The notes below the pieces were generated by a model, which worked only from the letters and a program-made list of their open reading frames with translations, made no database searches and was not told the origin of the DNA. This document shows, in pieces, positions 28,213 to 39,185 of a stretch of 55,345 nucleotides of DNA (its first letter is position 1; each line of letters opens with the position of its first letter). The translations under genes were made by a program, and so were the position numbers. Source of the stretch: Candidatus Methylomirabilota bacterium. Lineage in GTDB: Bacteria > Methylomirabilota > Methylomirabilia > Methylomirabilales > 2-02-FULL-66-22. The stretch covers positions 1 to 55,345 of the forward strand of contig JACPAT010000030.1 in assembly GCA_016180655.1 (NCBI GenBank), given 5' to 3'.

Positions 28213-28998
28213 ATGCTGATCACGGTCATCCTCTTCGCCTCGGGGGTGGGCATCGGCCTGCTGGGAACCCTCATCGGCGCCGGCGGGGGATGGATGGTCG
28301 TCCCCCTCCTCCTCCTCGGATTCCACTTCACGCCGCAGCAGGCCGTCGGCACGTCCCTGGCGGTCGTCTTCCTGAATGCCCTCTCGGGCAGCCTGGCGTA
28401 CATGCTGCAGGGCCGCGTGCTCTACACCATGGGCTTGGCCTTCGCCGCCGCCACCATTCCCGGGGCATTGCTCGGGGCGGGGCTGGTCCAGTTTCTCAGC
28501 TCGAAGTGGTTTTCCGTGTTGTTCGGTGGGTTCCTGCTGTGCGTGGCATTCTTCCTCCACCGCGGGCAACAGCTCCTGTTCGCGCAGGGCAGGAGAAGGG
28601 AGGTGACGAGGGCGGAGCTTCAATCCTTGCGAACCCCTGTGATGCGTCTGGGAATCCTCATCAGCTTCCTGGTGGGTATCCTCTCCAGCCTCTTCGGCGT
28701 CGGGGGCGGGATCATCCATGTGCCGTTCCTGATCGTGATGCTGGGGATCCCGGTCCACACCGCCACCGCCACCTCCCACTTCATCCTGGCCATCACGAGC
28801 CTCACCGGAAGCCTCATGTTTCTCCGCCAGGGCCAGATCCACCTGACCGCAGCGGCGAGCATGGGTCTGGGTGTCCTGATCGGGGCACAGGGGGGCGCAT
28901 CCCTCTCCACCCGCATGCGGGGGGAGCCCATTCGCCGCCTTCTGGCGGCGGCCCTGGCCATCTTCGCCCTCCGACTGATTCTCCGGTTCGTGTGGTGA
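28213..28998 (+). CDS. TauE/SafE (TSUP, DUF81) family anion exporter
   Basis: It has 8 predicted TM helices with the duplicated motif GxGGG (LIGAGGGWMVVPLL and LFGVGGGIIHVPFL). Confidence 0.88.
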   Translation: MLITVILFASGVGIGLLGTLIGAGGGWMVVPLLLLGFHFTPQQAVGTSLAVVFLNALSGSLAYMLQGRVLYTMGLAFAAATIPGALLGAGLVQFLSSKWFSVLFGGFLLCVAFFLHRGQQLLFAQGRRREVTRAELQSLRTPVMRLGILISFLVGILSSLFGVGGGIIHVPFLIVMLGIPVHTATATSHFILAITSLTGSLMFLRQGQIHLTAAASMGLGVLIGAQGGASLSTRMRGEPIRRLLAAALAIFALRLILRFVW

Positions 28999-29513
28999 TG
29001 CCGTTCGCTCCGGCTCTGAGACATCCGAGCGACGCTGGCGGGGTGGCAATGCCATGGAACAGGCTCGGGCAATCTCGCCGAGGGAGCGTCCGACGTCTCG
29101 CCGTTTCTCGATTCGAGGGATTCACGAATCAGGAGCAGGCAAGCGCTCTGCCTTGCTCCCGCGGCCGCGGGACGGGGCCTCGGCCTCCATGGCGCGCTGG
29201 CAAAGAGGGCAATTGGGGGAATGCAGACAGAGATTGAGGCATTTCCCGCACAAGCTCCCCGCGAAAGATCAAAAATGCCCCGGATTCTCCGGACACGCAT
29301 CTGCCGCCTACAAGGTCCCCTCCCGACCTAACTGATTGGATTCAAACGAAATGTAAGCTCCCGCGGGCGCTCTGTTCCCGTTGGGGGTAAGCCCCCAGGG
29401 GGAAATATGTCGTCTGGTATGCGGTTTGCTTCTTCCCCTCCTGGGAACGCGTGCAAGGTCTCATTTGTCCCCATACCCAGGCCCAACCATAGACAGCCTC
29501 AGGAGGTTACTCG

Positions 29514-29945
29514 ATGAAACTCACGCGTGGCGGTGAGTACGGAATCCGCGGGGTCCTCTATCTCGCGCACCAGGACAACGGGAAGGTTAGCATGCTGTCG
29601 GCGATCGCCAAGGCCCAAGATGTTCCCCCCCGGTTCCTGGCCAAGATCTTCCAGGCGCTGGCGAAGGCGGGAATTGTCAGGTCGCACCGGGGGGCCAAGG
29701 GCGGATTCTCCCTGGCTCGACCCGCTGCCGAGATCACGATCAAGGACGTGATCGAGGCCATCGAGGGTCCGGTCTACCTCAATGTGTGCCTGGTGGCTCC
29801 GGGCGAATGCAGCCGCGACAAGATCTGCCCCATGCACCGCGTCTGGGAAGAAGCACAAGCCAAGATGATGGGGGTCCTGGGGCAGACCAACTTTGCGGAC
29901 TTGGCCAAGGCCGAGCGCCAGGCCCAGTTGACAGCCGCTTCGTAA
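29514..29945 (+). CDS. Rrf2-family transcriptional regulator (IscR/NsrR-like, three-Cys cluster site)
   Basis: The N-terminus is MKLTRGGEYGIRGVLYLA. The wHTH is RFLAKIFQALAKAGIVRSHRGAKGGFSLAR. The Cys triad is C-x7-C-x5-C (NVCLVAPGECSRDKICPMH). Confidence 0.9.
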   Translation: MKLTRGGEYGIRGVLYLAHQDNGKVSMLSAIAKAQDVPPRFLAKIFQALAKAGIVRSHRGAKGGFSLARPAAEITIKDVIEAIEGPVYLNVCLVAPGECSRDKICPMHRVWEEAQAKMMGVLGQTNFADLAKAERQAQLTAAS

Positions 29946-29968
29946 CTCCGTCCCCCGGTCGGTCCGAA

Positions 29969-29986
29969 TCCCGCCGGAAGGCGGGA
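29969..29986 (+). terminator. Hairpin downstream of the Rrf2 gene (no U-tract)
   Basis: TCCCGCC-ggaa-GGCGGGA forms a 7-bp stem. A second 15-bp bulged hairpin lies at about 30003-30052. Confidence 0.3.
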
Positions 29987-30222
29987 CAGACTCCTACAAG
30001 GGGGCACCCGGCGAGGGATGGCAGACGAGCCCGACCCTCGCGGGTGCCCGCCCCCCGCTAACCCTCTCTCGCGAACCACACGCTTCCGTCTCCCATTGCC
30101 AGCTGTCGTAGGGGGCACCGGTTTCCCCGGGGATTCCTGACGGCTGCGTGAACGGGAGCGCGAGCGACACCGCATCAACCTCCTGCGCTTTCTTGCCGGA
30201 TCAAGTCGGGCTTCCAGGCCTG

Positions 30223-30251
30223 TTGCAATTCACTGCCCCATCGGCTATCAT
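30223..30251 (+). promoter_or_regulatory. sigma-70 promoter candidate for the radical-SAM/rng operon
   Basis: The sequence reads TTGCAA-N17-TATCAT. AAGGAG lies at 30262-30267 and the ATG at 30274. Confidence 0.45.
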
Positions 30252-30273
30252 GCCAACCGAAAAGGAGCGCTTT

Positions 30274-32988
30274 ATGCCAGCGGTCCTGGCGTCGTATAAA
30301 TCCGCAATCGCCGAATACATCCTGCCGTCCGTGACCAGGCCCTCCCGGTACATCGCGGGGGAATGGAACTCGGTGGGCAAGGACCCTGAGACGGCCGAGG
30401 TCCGGGTGGCCCTGGCGTTCCCCGATGCCTACGAGATCGGGATGTCGCACATGGGCCTCAAGATTCTGTACCAGATCCTGAACGCTCGCCCGGAGATCCT
30501 GGCGGAGCGAGCCTACGCCCCCTGGCTGGACGCCGAGGCGCTCTTCCGCCGCCACGGCATTCCCTTGTGCAGTCACGAATCGAGCCTCCCCCTGGGAAGC
30601 TTCGATATCCTGGGGTTCACCCTCCAGTACGAGTTGTCCTTCGCCACAATCCTCAACATGCTGGAGCTGGCGGGCATCCCCCTCTGCGCCTCCGACAGGG
30701 ACATCCGGCACCCGCTGGTGGTGGCCGGGGGGCCGGTCGCCTTCGCGCCGGAGCCGTTGGCGGACTTCATGGACGCCTTCCTCATCGGGGACGGCGAGGA
30801 GGCGACGCTGGAGCTGTGCGGGGTCGTCCGCGAATGGAAACGCGAGGGCGGGTCCCGCGAGGAACTGCTCCGCGCGGTGAAGGGGATTGCCGGGATGTAC
30901 GTCCCCGCCCTGCACCAGCCGGGCGAGGTCGTGCGGAAGCGGACCGCGCTGAAACTGGACGTCGTGGACTACGGCCAGTTCCCCGTCCCCTACATGGAGA
31001 TCGTCCACGACCGCGCCAACATCGAGGTGATGCGGGGCTGCGCGCAGGGCTGCCGCTTCTGCCAGGCCGGCTACATCTACCGGCCGATCCGCGAGCATTC
31101 CGCCCCGAGGATCCGGACCCTGGTGGACCAGGCGCTCCGGGGGACGGGGTATGAAGAAGTGTCGCTCTCTTCTCTCTCGATCGCCGACCTGTCGTGTCTC
31201 CGGGACCTGGTGCCGCCGCTCATGGCCAGCCTGATCCCGGACAAGACCTCCCTGAGTCTCCCGTCGCTGCGGGTCGAGGCCCTGAACCGCAACCCGGAGA
31301 TCGCCGCGGAGATCGGGAAGGTGAGAAAGACCGGGTTCACCATCGCGCCCGAGGCCGGCTCGGCCCGGTTGCGGAGGGTGATCAACAAGGAAGGATTCGA
31401 CGAGGAGCAGATCTTCACCGCGGTCCGGAACGCGGCCGGGGCCGGCTGGGAGTCGGTGAAGTTCTACTTCATGATCGGGCTCCCGACGGAGGAGCAGGCC
31501 GACCTGGACGAGCTGGTCCGCGTGGCCAAAGAGTCGGCGCGCATCGCCCGCCGGGAGAGTCCCCGAGGGTTCGGCCTGACGGTCAGCGTCGGCTCCTTCG
31601 TGCCCAAGCCGCATACCCCGTTCCAGTGGTTCGCGCAGGACCCGATGCCCATCCTCAAGGAGAAGCAGTCCTACCTGCGGGGGCGGCTGCGCGAGGCGCG
31701 GATCGATTTCAAGTGGCACCACGTCGAGTCGTCCTTCCTGGAAGCCGTGTTTACCCTGGGTGGCCGGGAGGTGGGTGCCGCCATCGCCCTGGGCCAGCAG
31801 CGTGGGTGCCGCTTTGACGGCTGGACGGAACAGCTCAAGTTCGACACCTGGATGGAGGCGCTGGAGGACGCAGGCGTCGATCCCTCCGCCATCGCCAACC
31901 GGCCGCGCGGCCTGGACGAGCCGCTGCCCTGGGACCACATCGACTGCGGGGTCTCCAGGCAGTTCCTGAAGCGGGAGCACAAGAAGGCGCTGCAGGTCAA
32001 GGGGACCCCGGACTGCCACGTGGGTCCCTGCAGCAACTGCGGCGAGGTCTGCGTCCCCAACTGGCGGACCTGGGCGCAGGAAGTCGGCATGATCGAAGTA
32101 GAGCCGCGAGCCGCGAGCCGCGAGCCGGGAGCCGAGAGCCACGAACCGGACACGGCGAGGCCCGAGGCACGACAGGCCATTGGTCAAGTGGTCAATCAGT
32201 CAATAAGTCTTGACGAATCGACCAATGGACCAGTTGACCACTCGACTCGGCGGAGCCGGGTACCCCCTGGGGGGGTGCCGGCCCGGCAGCCGGCCCAGAA
32301 GATCCGATTCGAATTCCAGAAGGTGGGCGAGCTCCGCTACCTCTCCCACCTGGAACTGATGCGGGCACTGCAGCGCGCCTTACGGCGCGCCGGCGTGCCG
32401 CTGGCCTACACGCAGGGCTTCAATCCCCAGCCGAAGGTCTCGGTGGCCCAGGCGCTGGCCGTGGGCGTGGAGGGCCTGCAGGAACTGGGGGAAGTGGAGC
32501 TCACCTCGCGGGTAGACCCGGCGGACCTGCTGGCGGGCTGGAACAGGCATCTGCCGCCCGAACTCAAGATTCTCCGGGCCTGGGAAGCCCCCCTGAACGA
32601 GCCGTCGCTTTCCACCGGGGTACGAGGTGCGTCGTATCAGATTCGGTTGCAGCCGAACGGCTGGGATTCCACCACCCTGGCCGCCCTCGGCACCGCCGGG
32701 GCCTGCGCCGACTTCCTGGCGCAGGGCCCCATCCCCGTCGAGGTATCCAAGAAAGGACAGACGGTGACCCTCGACGCGCGCCCCTTTGTCCAAGGATTCA
32801 CCGCCACGTCGGAGGGCGAGTCCCCCCAGTGGGAACTCACCCTCCGGGCCGGTCTGGGGGGCAGCGTCAAGCCCCAGGCGGTCATGCGGAGTTTCCTCGG
32901 ACGTTGGGTCCCCCCCGGCGAGCTGGATCGGATGATCTCGTCCCTGCGGATCACGCGGACGGCTCTCGCCCTCGAGGGCCAGGGGTAG
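30274..32988 (+). CDS. B12-binding-domain radical SAM protein fused to a DUF2344-type radical-SAM-linked domain
   Basis: The start is ATG 30274 (AAGGAG 6 nt upstream). A CX3CX2C motif is present (CAQGCRFCQAG). The C-terminal domain (RFEFQKVGELRYLSHLELMRALQRALRRAGVPLAYTQGFNP) is typical of the protein usually encoded next to rne/rng. The linker contains repeat-encoded sequence (32101-32246). Confidence 0.88.
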   Translation: MPAVLASYKSAIAEYILPSVTRPSRYIAGEWNSVGKDPETAEVRVALAFPDAYEIGMSHMGLKILYQILNARPEILAERAYAPWLDAEALFRRHGIPLCSHESSLPLGSFDILGFTLQYELSFATILNMLELAGIPLCASDRDIRHPLVVAGGPVAFAPEPLADFMDAFLIGDGEEATLELCGVVREWKREGGSREELLRAVKGIAGMYVPALHQPGEVVRKRTALKLDVVDYGQFPVPYMEIVHDRANIEVMRGCAQGCRFCQAGYIYRPIREHSAPRIRTLVDQALRGTGYEEVSLSSLSIADLSCLRDLVPPLMASLIPDKTSLSLPSLRVEALNRNPEIAAEIGKVRKTGFTIAPEAGSARLRRVINKEGFDEEQIFTAVRNAAGAGWESVKFYFMIGLPTEEQADLDELVRVAKESARIARRESPRGFGLTVSVGSFVPKPHTPFQWFAQDPMPILKEKQSYLRGRLREARIDFKWHHVESSFLEAVFTLGGREVGAAIALGQQRGCRFDGWTEQLKFDTWMEALEDAGVDPSAIANRPRGLDEPLPWDHIDCGVSRQFLKREHKKALQVKGTPDCHVGPCSNCGEVCVPNWRTWAQEVGMIEVEPRAASREPGAESHEPDTARPEARQAIGQVVNQSISLDESTNGPVDHSTRRSRVPPGGVPARQPAQKIRFEFQKVGELRYLSHLELMRALQRALRRAGVPLAYTQGFNPQPKVSVAQALAVGVEGLQELGEVELTSRVDPADLLAGWNRHLPPELKILRAWEAPLNEPSLSTGVRGASYQIRLQPNGWDSTTLAALGTAGACADFLAQGPIPVEVSKKGQTVTLDARPFVQGFTATSEGESPQWELTLRAGLGGSVKPQAVMRSFLGRWVPPGELDRMISSLRITRTALALEGQG
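32101..32149. repeat. GC-rich heptamer array (GAGCCGC-like)x7 inside the radical-SAM linker
   Basis: The seven units are gagccgc gagccgc gagccgc gagccgg gagccga gagccac gaaccgg. The array translates as EPRAASREPGAESHEP. Confidence 0.95.
32177..32246. repeat. Periodic-arm palindrome, GTCnnnnn family, in frame inside the radical-SAM fusion
   Basis: ccattggtc aagtggtc aatcagtc aataagtc | ttgacgaa tcgaccaa tggaccag ttgaccac tcgac translates as AIGQVVNQSISLDESTNGPVDHST. Confidence 0.9.
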
Positions 32989-33000
32989 GCCTCCCGAGTT

Positions 33001-33039
33001 CCCCGTCGGCCGTCCGGCTTCGGCGGACGCGCGACGGGG
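33001..33039 (+). other. 5'-leader hairpin overlapping the rng RBS
   Basis: The outer stem pairs CCCCGTCG with CGACGGGG and encloses an inner stem capped by C(UUCG)G. The 3' arm runs into GGGGAGG, the RBS of rng. Confidence 0.45.
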
Positions 33040-33056
33040 AGGTCGAGGTCTACCGA

Positions 33057-34607
33057 ATGAAACGCGAGATCATCGTCAACTCCTCCCTGGTCGAGACCCG
33101 GGTGGCCGTCGTCGAGGACGGCACCCTGGTCGAACTCCTGATCGACAACTCCCACAGCCAGAGCCTGGCGGGCAACATCTACAAGGGCCGGGTGCTGAAG
33201 ATCCTGCCGGGGATGCAGGCCGCCTTCGTGGACATCGGCCTGGCCCGGGATGCCTTCCTCTACGTCCGGGACATCTACGAGGAGATGGAGGACTACGAGC
33301 AGCTCCTGACCCTGAGCGGGGGGGATGGGGAGGGAGAGGCGCCGGACCAGGAGGAGCCGCCGCCGCGCCGCGGGAGCCAGCGCAACCGGCCGCGGCGGCC
33401 CGCCCATGCCTCCATCGAGGAGCTGATCCAGGAGGGCCAGGAGGTCCTGGTGCAGGTGGCCCGGGAGCCCCTGGGGACCAAGGGGGCCCGCATCACCTCG
33501 CACATCACCCTGCCGGGACGCTACCTGGTGTACATGCCGACCGAGTCCCACGTGGGCGTCTCGCGCAAGATCGAGAGCGAGGGCGAGCGATCCCGGCTCA
33601 AGCAGATCATCGAGGAGGTCAACGTCCCGCGGGAGGGGGTCATCGTCCGGACCGCTGGCATCGGCCGGTCCAAGGCGGAGATCCAGGCGGACTTCGAGTT
33701 CCTCCGCTCCACCTGGCGCCAGATCAAGTCCAAGGCCGAGACGGCCAAGGCCCCCGCCATGGTGCAGAAGGACCTGGATCTGATCTTCCGCATCTTCCGG
33801 GACCTGATCACGAAGGATGTGGCCCGCCTGGTGGTGGACTCGGCCGAGGAGTACGAGCGGTGCCTGGAGTACACGGAGACCCTGTTCCCCGAGATGCGCC
33901 AGTTGCTCTTCCTGTACACCGAGGACGAGCCGATCTTCAAGAGCTTCGGCATCGAGAAGGAGATCGAGAAGGCCCTGCGGAGCAAGGTCTGGCTCAAGTC
34001 CGGGGGATACCTGGTCATCGAGCAGACCGAGGCCCTGGTCTCGGTGGACATCAATACGGGGAAATACGTGGGCAAGCATGACTTCGAGGAAACCATCCTG
34101 AAGACCAACCGGGAGGCGGCGCGCGAGATCGCGCGCCAGGTGCGCCTGCGGGACCTGGGCGGGATCATCATCATCGACTTCATCGACATGGCCCGGCAGG
34201 AGAACCGGGACAAGGTGATGGCGGACCTCAAGGAGGCGCTGAAAGCCGATCGCTCGCCCACCAACGTCTCGTTGCTGTCGGAGCTGGGCCTGGTGGAGAT
34301 GACGCGGAAGCGGGTGCGGCAGGGGCTGAACCAATCGCTGAGCCAGACCTGCGCGGCCTGCGGCGGCCTGGGCTGGGTGCGGTCCACCGCCTCCATCGCC
34401 CACCAGGCGCTGCGCGAGGTGGAGTGGCGGATGGGCCGCAAGGGGCTGCCCCGGGTCAAGATCCGGGCCGCCCCCGACCTCACCGAGTGGATGAAGGCCG
34501 AGGAGGCGGAGATCCTCGAGCGCTTGCAACAAAGCCTGGGCGGCGAGATTGACCTCGCTCCCGAGGAGACCTATCCGCCCGGGAAGTACTCGCTGCTGGA
34601 GGGGTAA
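33057..34607 (+). CDS. rng: Ribonuclease G/E family endoribonuclease (Rng-like, no long scaffold tail)
   Basis: The start is ATG 33057 (MKREIIVN). It has an S1 domain (GNIYKGRVLKILPGMQAAFVDIG) and the catalytic core (VSVDINTGKYVG, IIIIDFIDM). A Zn-link CxxC is present (CAACGG). Confidence 0.92.
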   Translation: MKREIIVNSSLVETRVAVVEDGTLVELLIDNSHSQSLAGNIYKGRVLKILPGMQAAFVDIGLARDAFLYVRDIYEEMEDYEQLLTLSGGDGEGEAPDQEEPPPRRGSQRNRPRRPAHASIEELIQEGQEVLVQVAREPLGTKGARITSHITLPGRYLVYMPTESHVGVSRKIESEGERSRLKQIIEEVNVPREGVIVRTAGIGRSKAEIQADFEFLRSTWRQIKSKAETAKAPAMVQKDLDLIFRIFRDLITKDVARLVVDSAEEYERCLEYTETLFPEMRQLLFLYTEDEPIFKSFGIEKEIEKALRSKVWLKSGGYLVIEQTEALVSVDINTGKYVGKHDFEETILKTNREAAREIARQVRLRDLGGIIIIDFIDMARQENRDKVMADLKEALKADRSPTNVSLLSELGLVEMTRKRVRQGLNQSLSQTCAACGGLGWVRSTASIAHQALREVEWRMGRKGLPRVKIRAAPDLTEWMKAEEAEILERLQQSLGGEIDLAPEETYPPGKYSLLEG

Positions 34608-34612
34608 AGGCA

Positions 34613-34694
34613 GTCGACTAGTCAATTGGTCGAGTGGGCGAATAGTGGGGAGCCTCCGGGACCAATTGACGAGTTGACCATTTGACTATTCGAC
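34613..34694. repeat. Periodic-arm palindrome, GTCnnnnn family
   Basis: The left arm is gtcgacta gtcaattg gtcgagtg ggcgaata gtgg. The centre is GGAGcCTCC. The right arm is gaccaatt gacgagtt gaccattt gactattc gac. Confidence 0.9.
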
Positions 34695-34716
34695 ATCCAG
34701 GAGGGGCCGGAAAAGC

Positions 34717-34745
34717 TTGACACTCCCGGGGCCCCATGTTATAGA
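34717..34745 (+). promoter_or_regulatory. sigma-70 promoter candidate (extended -10) upstream of rplU
   Basis: TTGACA (34717-34722) is followed by N17 ending in TGt, then TATAGA (34740-34745). Confidence 0.55.
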
Positions 34746-34750
34746 AGACT

Positions 34751-34783
34751 CCCCGTCTCGGCGAGAGGCGGGGTCCTTTTTTT
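34751..34783 (+). terminator. Intrinsic-terminator-like hairpin plus T7 tract in the rplU leader
   Basis: CCCCGTCTC-ggcga-GAGGCGGGG forms 9 bp including one G-U pair. It is followed by tcc TTTTTTT (34777-34783). It sits between the predicted promoter and rplU. Confidence 0.55.
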
Positions 34784-34797
34784 GGGCTGTGCCCAAC

Positions 34798-34818
34798 GAT
34801 TTCGGATTTCGGATTTGC
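34798..34818. repeat. Single heptamer arm (GATTTCG)x3 in the rplU leader
   Basis: gatttcg gatttcg gatttgc was read directly. Confidence 0.85.
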
Positions 34819-34869
34819 TGACCGCTGACGCGGCGGCCGGAGCCCAGGGCTCAGACGGAGGGAGCATCC

Positions 34870-35181
34870 GTGTACGCCATCATCGAATCGGGTGGAAAAC
34901 AGTACCGGGTCGAGCCCGGGGCCGTCGTGGCGCTGGAGCGCATCCCGGGGGATGTGGGCAGTCAGGTGGAGCTGGATCGGGTTCTCATGGTCTCGGACGG
35001 AACCACGGTGAAGGTCGGGAAGCCCACCCTGTCCGGCGCGAAGGTGCTTTCGAAGATCGTGGCGCAGACCCGGGGCGAGAAGATCGACGTCTTCAAGTTC
35101 AAGAAGCGCAAGAAGTACCGCCGCAAGACGGGCCACCGCCAGGAGTTGACCCAGGTACGCATCGGCGAGATCATCGCGTAA
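34870..35181 (+). CDS. rplU: 50S ribosomal protein L21
   Basis: The sequence is [17 protein letters not shown]... with a GTG start and GGAGGGAG upstream. Confidence 0.95.
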   Translation: MYAIIESGGKQYRVEPGAVVALERIPGDVGSQVELDRVLMVSDGTTVKVGKPTLSGAKVLSKIVAQTRGEKIDVFKFKKRKKYRRKTGHRQELTQVRIGEIIA

Positions 35182-35236
35182 CGGCGTGCCGCGTGCTGGG
35201 TGCCCCGGGTGCCCGGCATCTCGGACGGAGGCAAGC

Positions 35237-35491
35237 ATGGCACACAAGAAGGGCGTGGGCAGCTCCCGGAACGGCCGGGACAGCGCCGGCCGTCGGTTGG
35301 GGATGAAAGCCTCCGCCGGCCAGTCGGTCAGCGGGGGGAGCATCATCGTCCGGCAGCGCGGGACGAGGTTCAAACCCGGGAAGAACGTGGGCATCGGGGG
35401 GGATGACACGCTCTTCGCCAAGGTGGGCGGGACCGTCGTCATCGAGCACCGGGGCGGCAACCGATTCGTCTCCGTCACGCCGGCCGCCTAG
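35237..35491 (+). CDS. rpmA: 50S ribosomal protein L27
   Basis: The sequence is [22 protein letters not shown].., starting at ATG 35237. Confidence 0.95.
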   Translation: MAHKKGVGSSRNGRDSAGRRLGMKASAGQSVSGGSIIVRQRGTRFKPGKNVGIGGDDTLFAKVGGTVVIEHRGGNRFVSVTPAA

Positions 35492-35495
35492 ACCT

Positions 35496-37732
<2,237 letters not shown>

Positions 37733-37759
<27 letters not shown>

Positions 37760-37880
37760 ACGCAGATACGGATGGACCCGCAGGTGAACGCCAATGAACG
37801 CGAATTCTCAAGGACCGAAACTCCGCACTCCCATCGTCTGTGCCCAATGATCAGCGTTCATCTGCGTGTATCTGCGGTTC
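37733..37880. repeat. Periodic-arm palindrome, ATGAACGC ~10-mer family, spanning the proB-proA junction
   Basis: The left arm is cagatgaacg cagataaacg cagatacgg ... caggtgaacg ccaatgaacg cgaattc. The centre is tcaaggaccgaaactccgcac.. and the right arm is caatgatcagcgttcatctgcgtgtatctgcggttcc. The core is homologous to 19639-19756. Confidence 0.85.
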
Positions 37881-37896
37881 CCGTGAGGTTTTTTTC

Positions 37897-39159
37897 GTGA
37901 GCGGGTTTGATATCCGGGCCATGGCGTCCGCCGCCCGGGCGGCCAGCCAGGTGCTGGCCCGCGCCACCGGGGAGACCAAGAATGCGGCGCTCCGCGCCAT
38001 GGCGGCGGGGCTCCTGGATTCCCGCGAGCGCATCCTGGCCGCGAACGCCGAGGACGTGGCGGTGGCCCGGGCGGAGGCCCATCCCGGCGCGTTCGTGGAC
38101 CGCCTGACCCTGACGCCCCCGCGACTGGACGCGATGGCGCGGGGCCTCCGGCAGATCGCAGACCTGCCGGATCCCGTGGGCGAGATCACGGGGATGTGGC
38201 GGCGCCCCAACGACCTGCAGGTGGGGCGGATGCGGGTCCCCCTCGGCGTAATCGGGATCATCTACGAGTCGCGGCCGAACGTGACGGCCGACGCCGCCGG
38301 CCTCTGTCTGAAATCGGGCAACGCCGTCATCCTCCGCGGGGGGCGGGAGGCGCTCCGCACCAATGCCGCCATCGGCGGCATCCTGGCGGCGGCCGTGGCG
38401 TCGGCGGGTCTGCCGGAGGCCTCCCTGGCCGTGGTGCCGACGCCGGACCGGGCGGTGGTGAAGGAGATGCTCCTGCTCTCCGGCCTGATCGACCTGATCA
38501 TCCCGCGCGGCGGGGAGGAGTTGATCCGCATGGTGCGGGAGGGCTCCCACATCCCGGTCATCGCCCACGACAAGGGCCTGTGCCACACCTACGTGGATGC
38601 GGGGGCCGACCTCGGCATGGCGGCGGACATCGCCTACAACGCCAAGGTTGAGCGCCCCGGGGTTTGCAATGCCATGGAGACGCTCCTGGTCCACGCCGCG
38701 GTGGCCGAGGTCTTCCTGCCGGGCCTGGTCGCCCGCCTGCGGCAGGCCGGCGTGGAGGTGCGAGGCTGTCCGAAGACCCGGGCCCTGGCGCCGGGTGTCC
38801 AGCCCGCCACGGAGGCGGACTGGGACACGGAGTACCTCGACCTCGTTCTGTCCATCCGGGTGGTGGACTCCTTCGAGGAGGCGGTGGCCCACATCGCCCG
38901 GCACGGCTCGGGGCTGGCGGAGGCCATCGTCACGGCCGACCACGGCCGCGCCATGCGCTTCCTGCGCGAGGTGGATGCCGGCGCCGTGTTCGTGAACGCC
39001 TCGACGCGCTTCACCGACGGGTACGAATTCGGGATGGGCGCCGAGATGGGGATCAGCACGCAGAAGCTCCACGCGCGCGGCCCCATGGGCCTGGCCGAGC
39101 TGACCTGTCAGAAGTTCATCGTCCTGGGTGCGGGACAGATCCGCGACTCCCGGGGGTAA
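37897..39159 (+). CDS. proA: Gamma-glutamyl phosphate reductase ProA
   Basis: The sequence is ALDH-family. It includes the N-terminal KNAALRAMAAGL and the segment CNAMETLLVH with the catalytic Cys. The start is provisionally GTG 37897; ATG 37921 is also possible. The ORF-track start at 37840 is translated repeat. Confidence 0.9.
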   Translation: MSGFDIRAMASAARAASQVLARATGETKNAALRAMAAGLLDSRERILAANAEDVAVARAEAHPGAFVDRLTLTPPRLDAMARGLRQIADLPDPVGEITGMWRRPNDLQVGRMRVPLGVIGIIYESRPNVTADAAGLCLKSGNAVILRGGREALRTNAAIGGILAAAVASAGLPEASLAVVPTPDRAVVKEMLLLSGLIDLIIPRGGEELIRMVREGSHIPVIAHDKGLCHTYVDAGADLGMAADIAYNAKVERPGVCNAMETLLVHAAVAEVFLPGLVARLRQAGVEVRGCPKTRALAPGVQPATEADWDTEYLDLVLSIRVVDSFEEAVAHIARHGSGLAEAIVTADHGRAMRFLREVDAGAVFVNASTRFTDGYEFGMGAEMGISTQKLHARGPMGLAELTCQKFIVLGAGQIRDSRG

Positions 39160-39185
39160 TCCCCGGGTCCGGCCGCAGGAGCGCG

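Noticed and set aside
29054-29335. A 93-aa ORF in the 515-nt gap between TauE and the Rrf2 gene.
   Set aside because: It is Arg-rich low complexity. Third-position G+C is visibly lower than in real genes here. It has no RBS and no recognisable family, so the gap is treated as non-coding.
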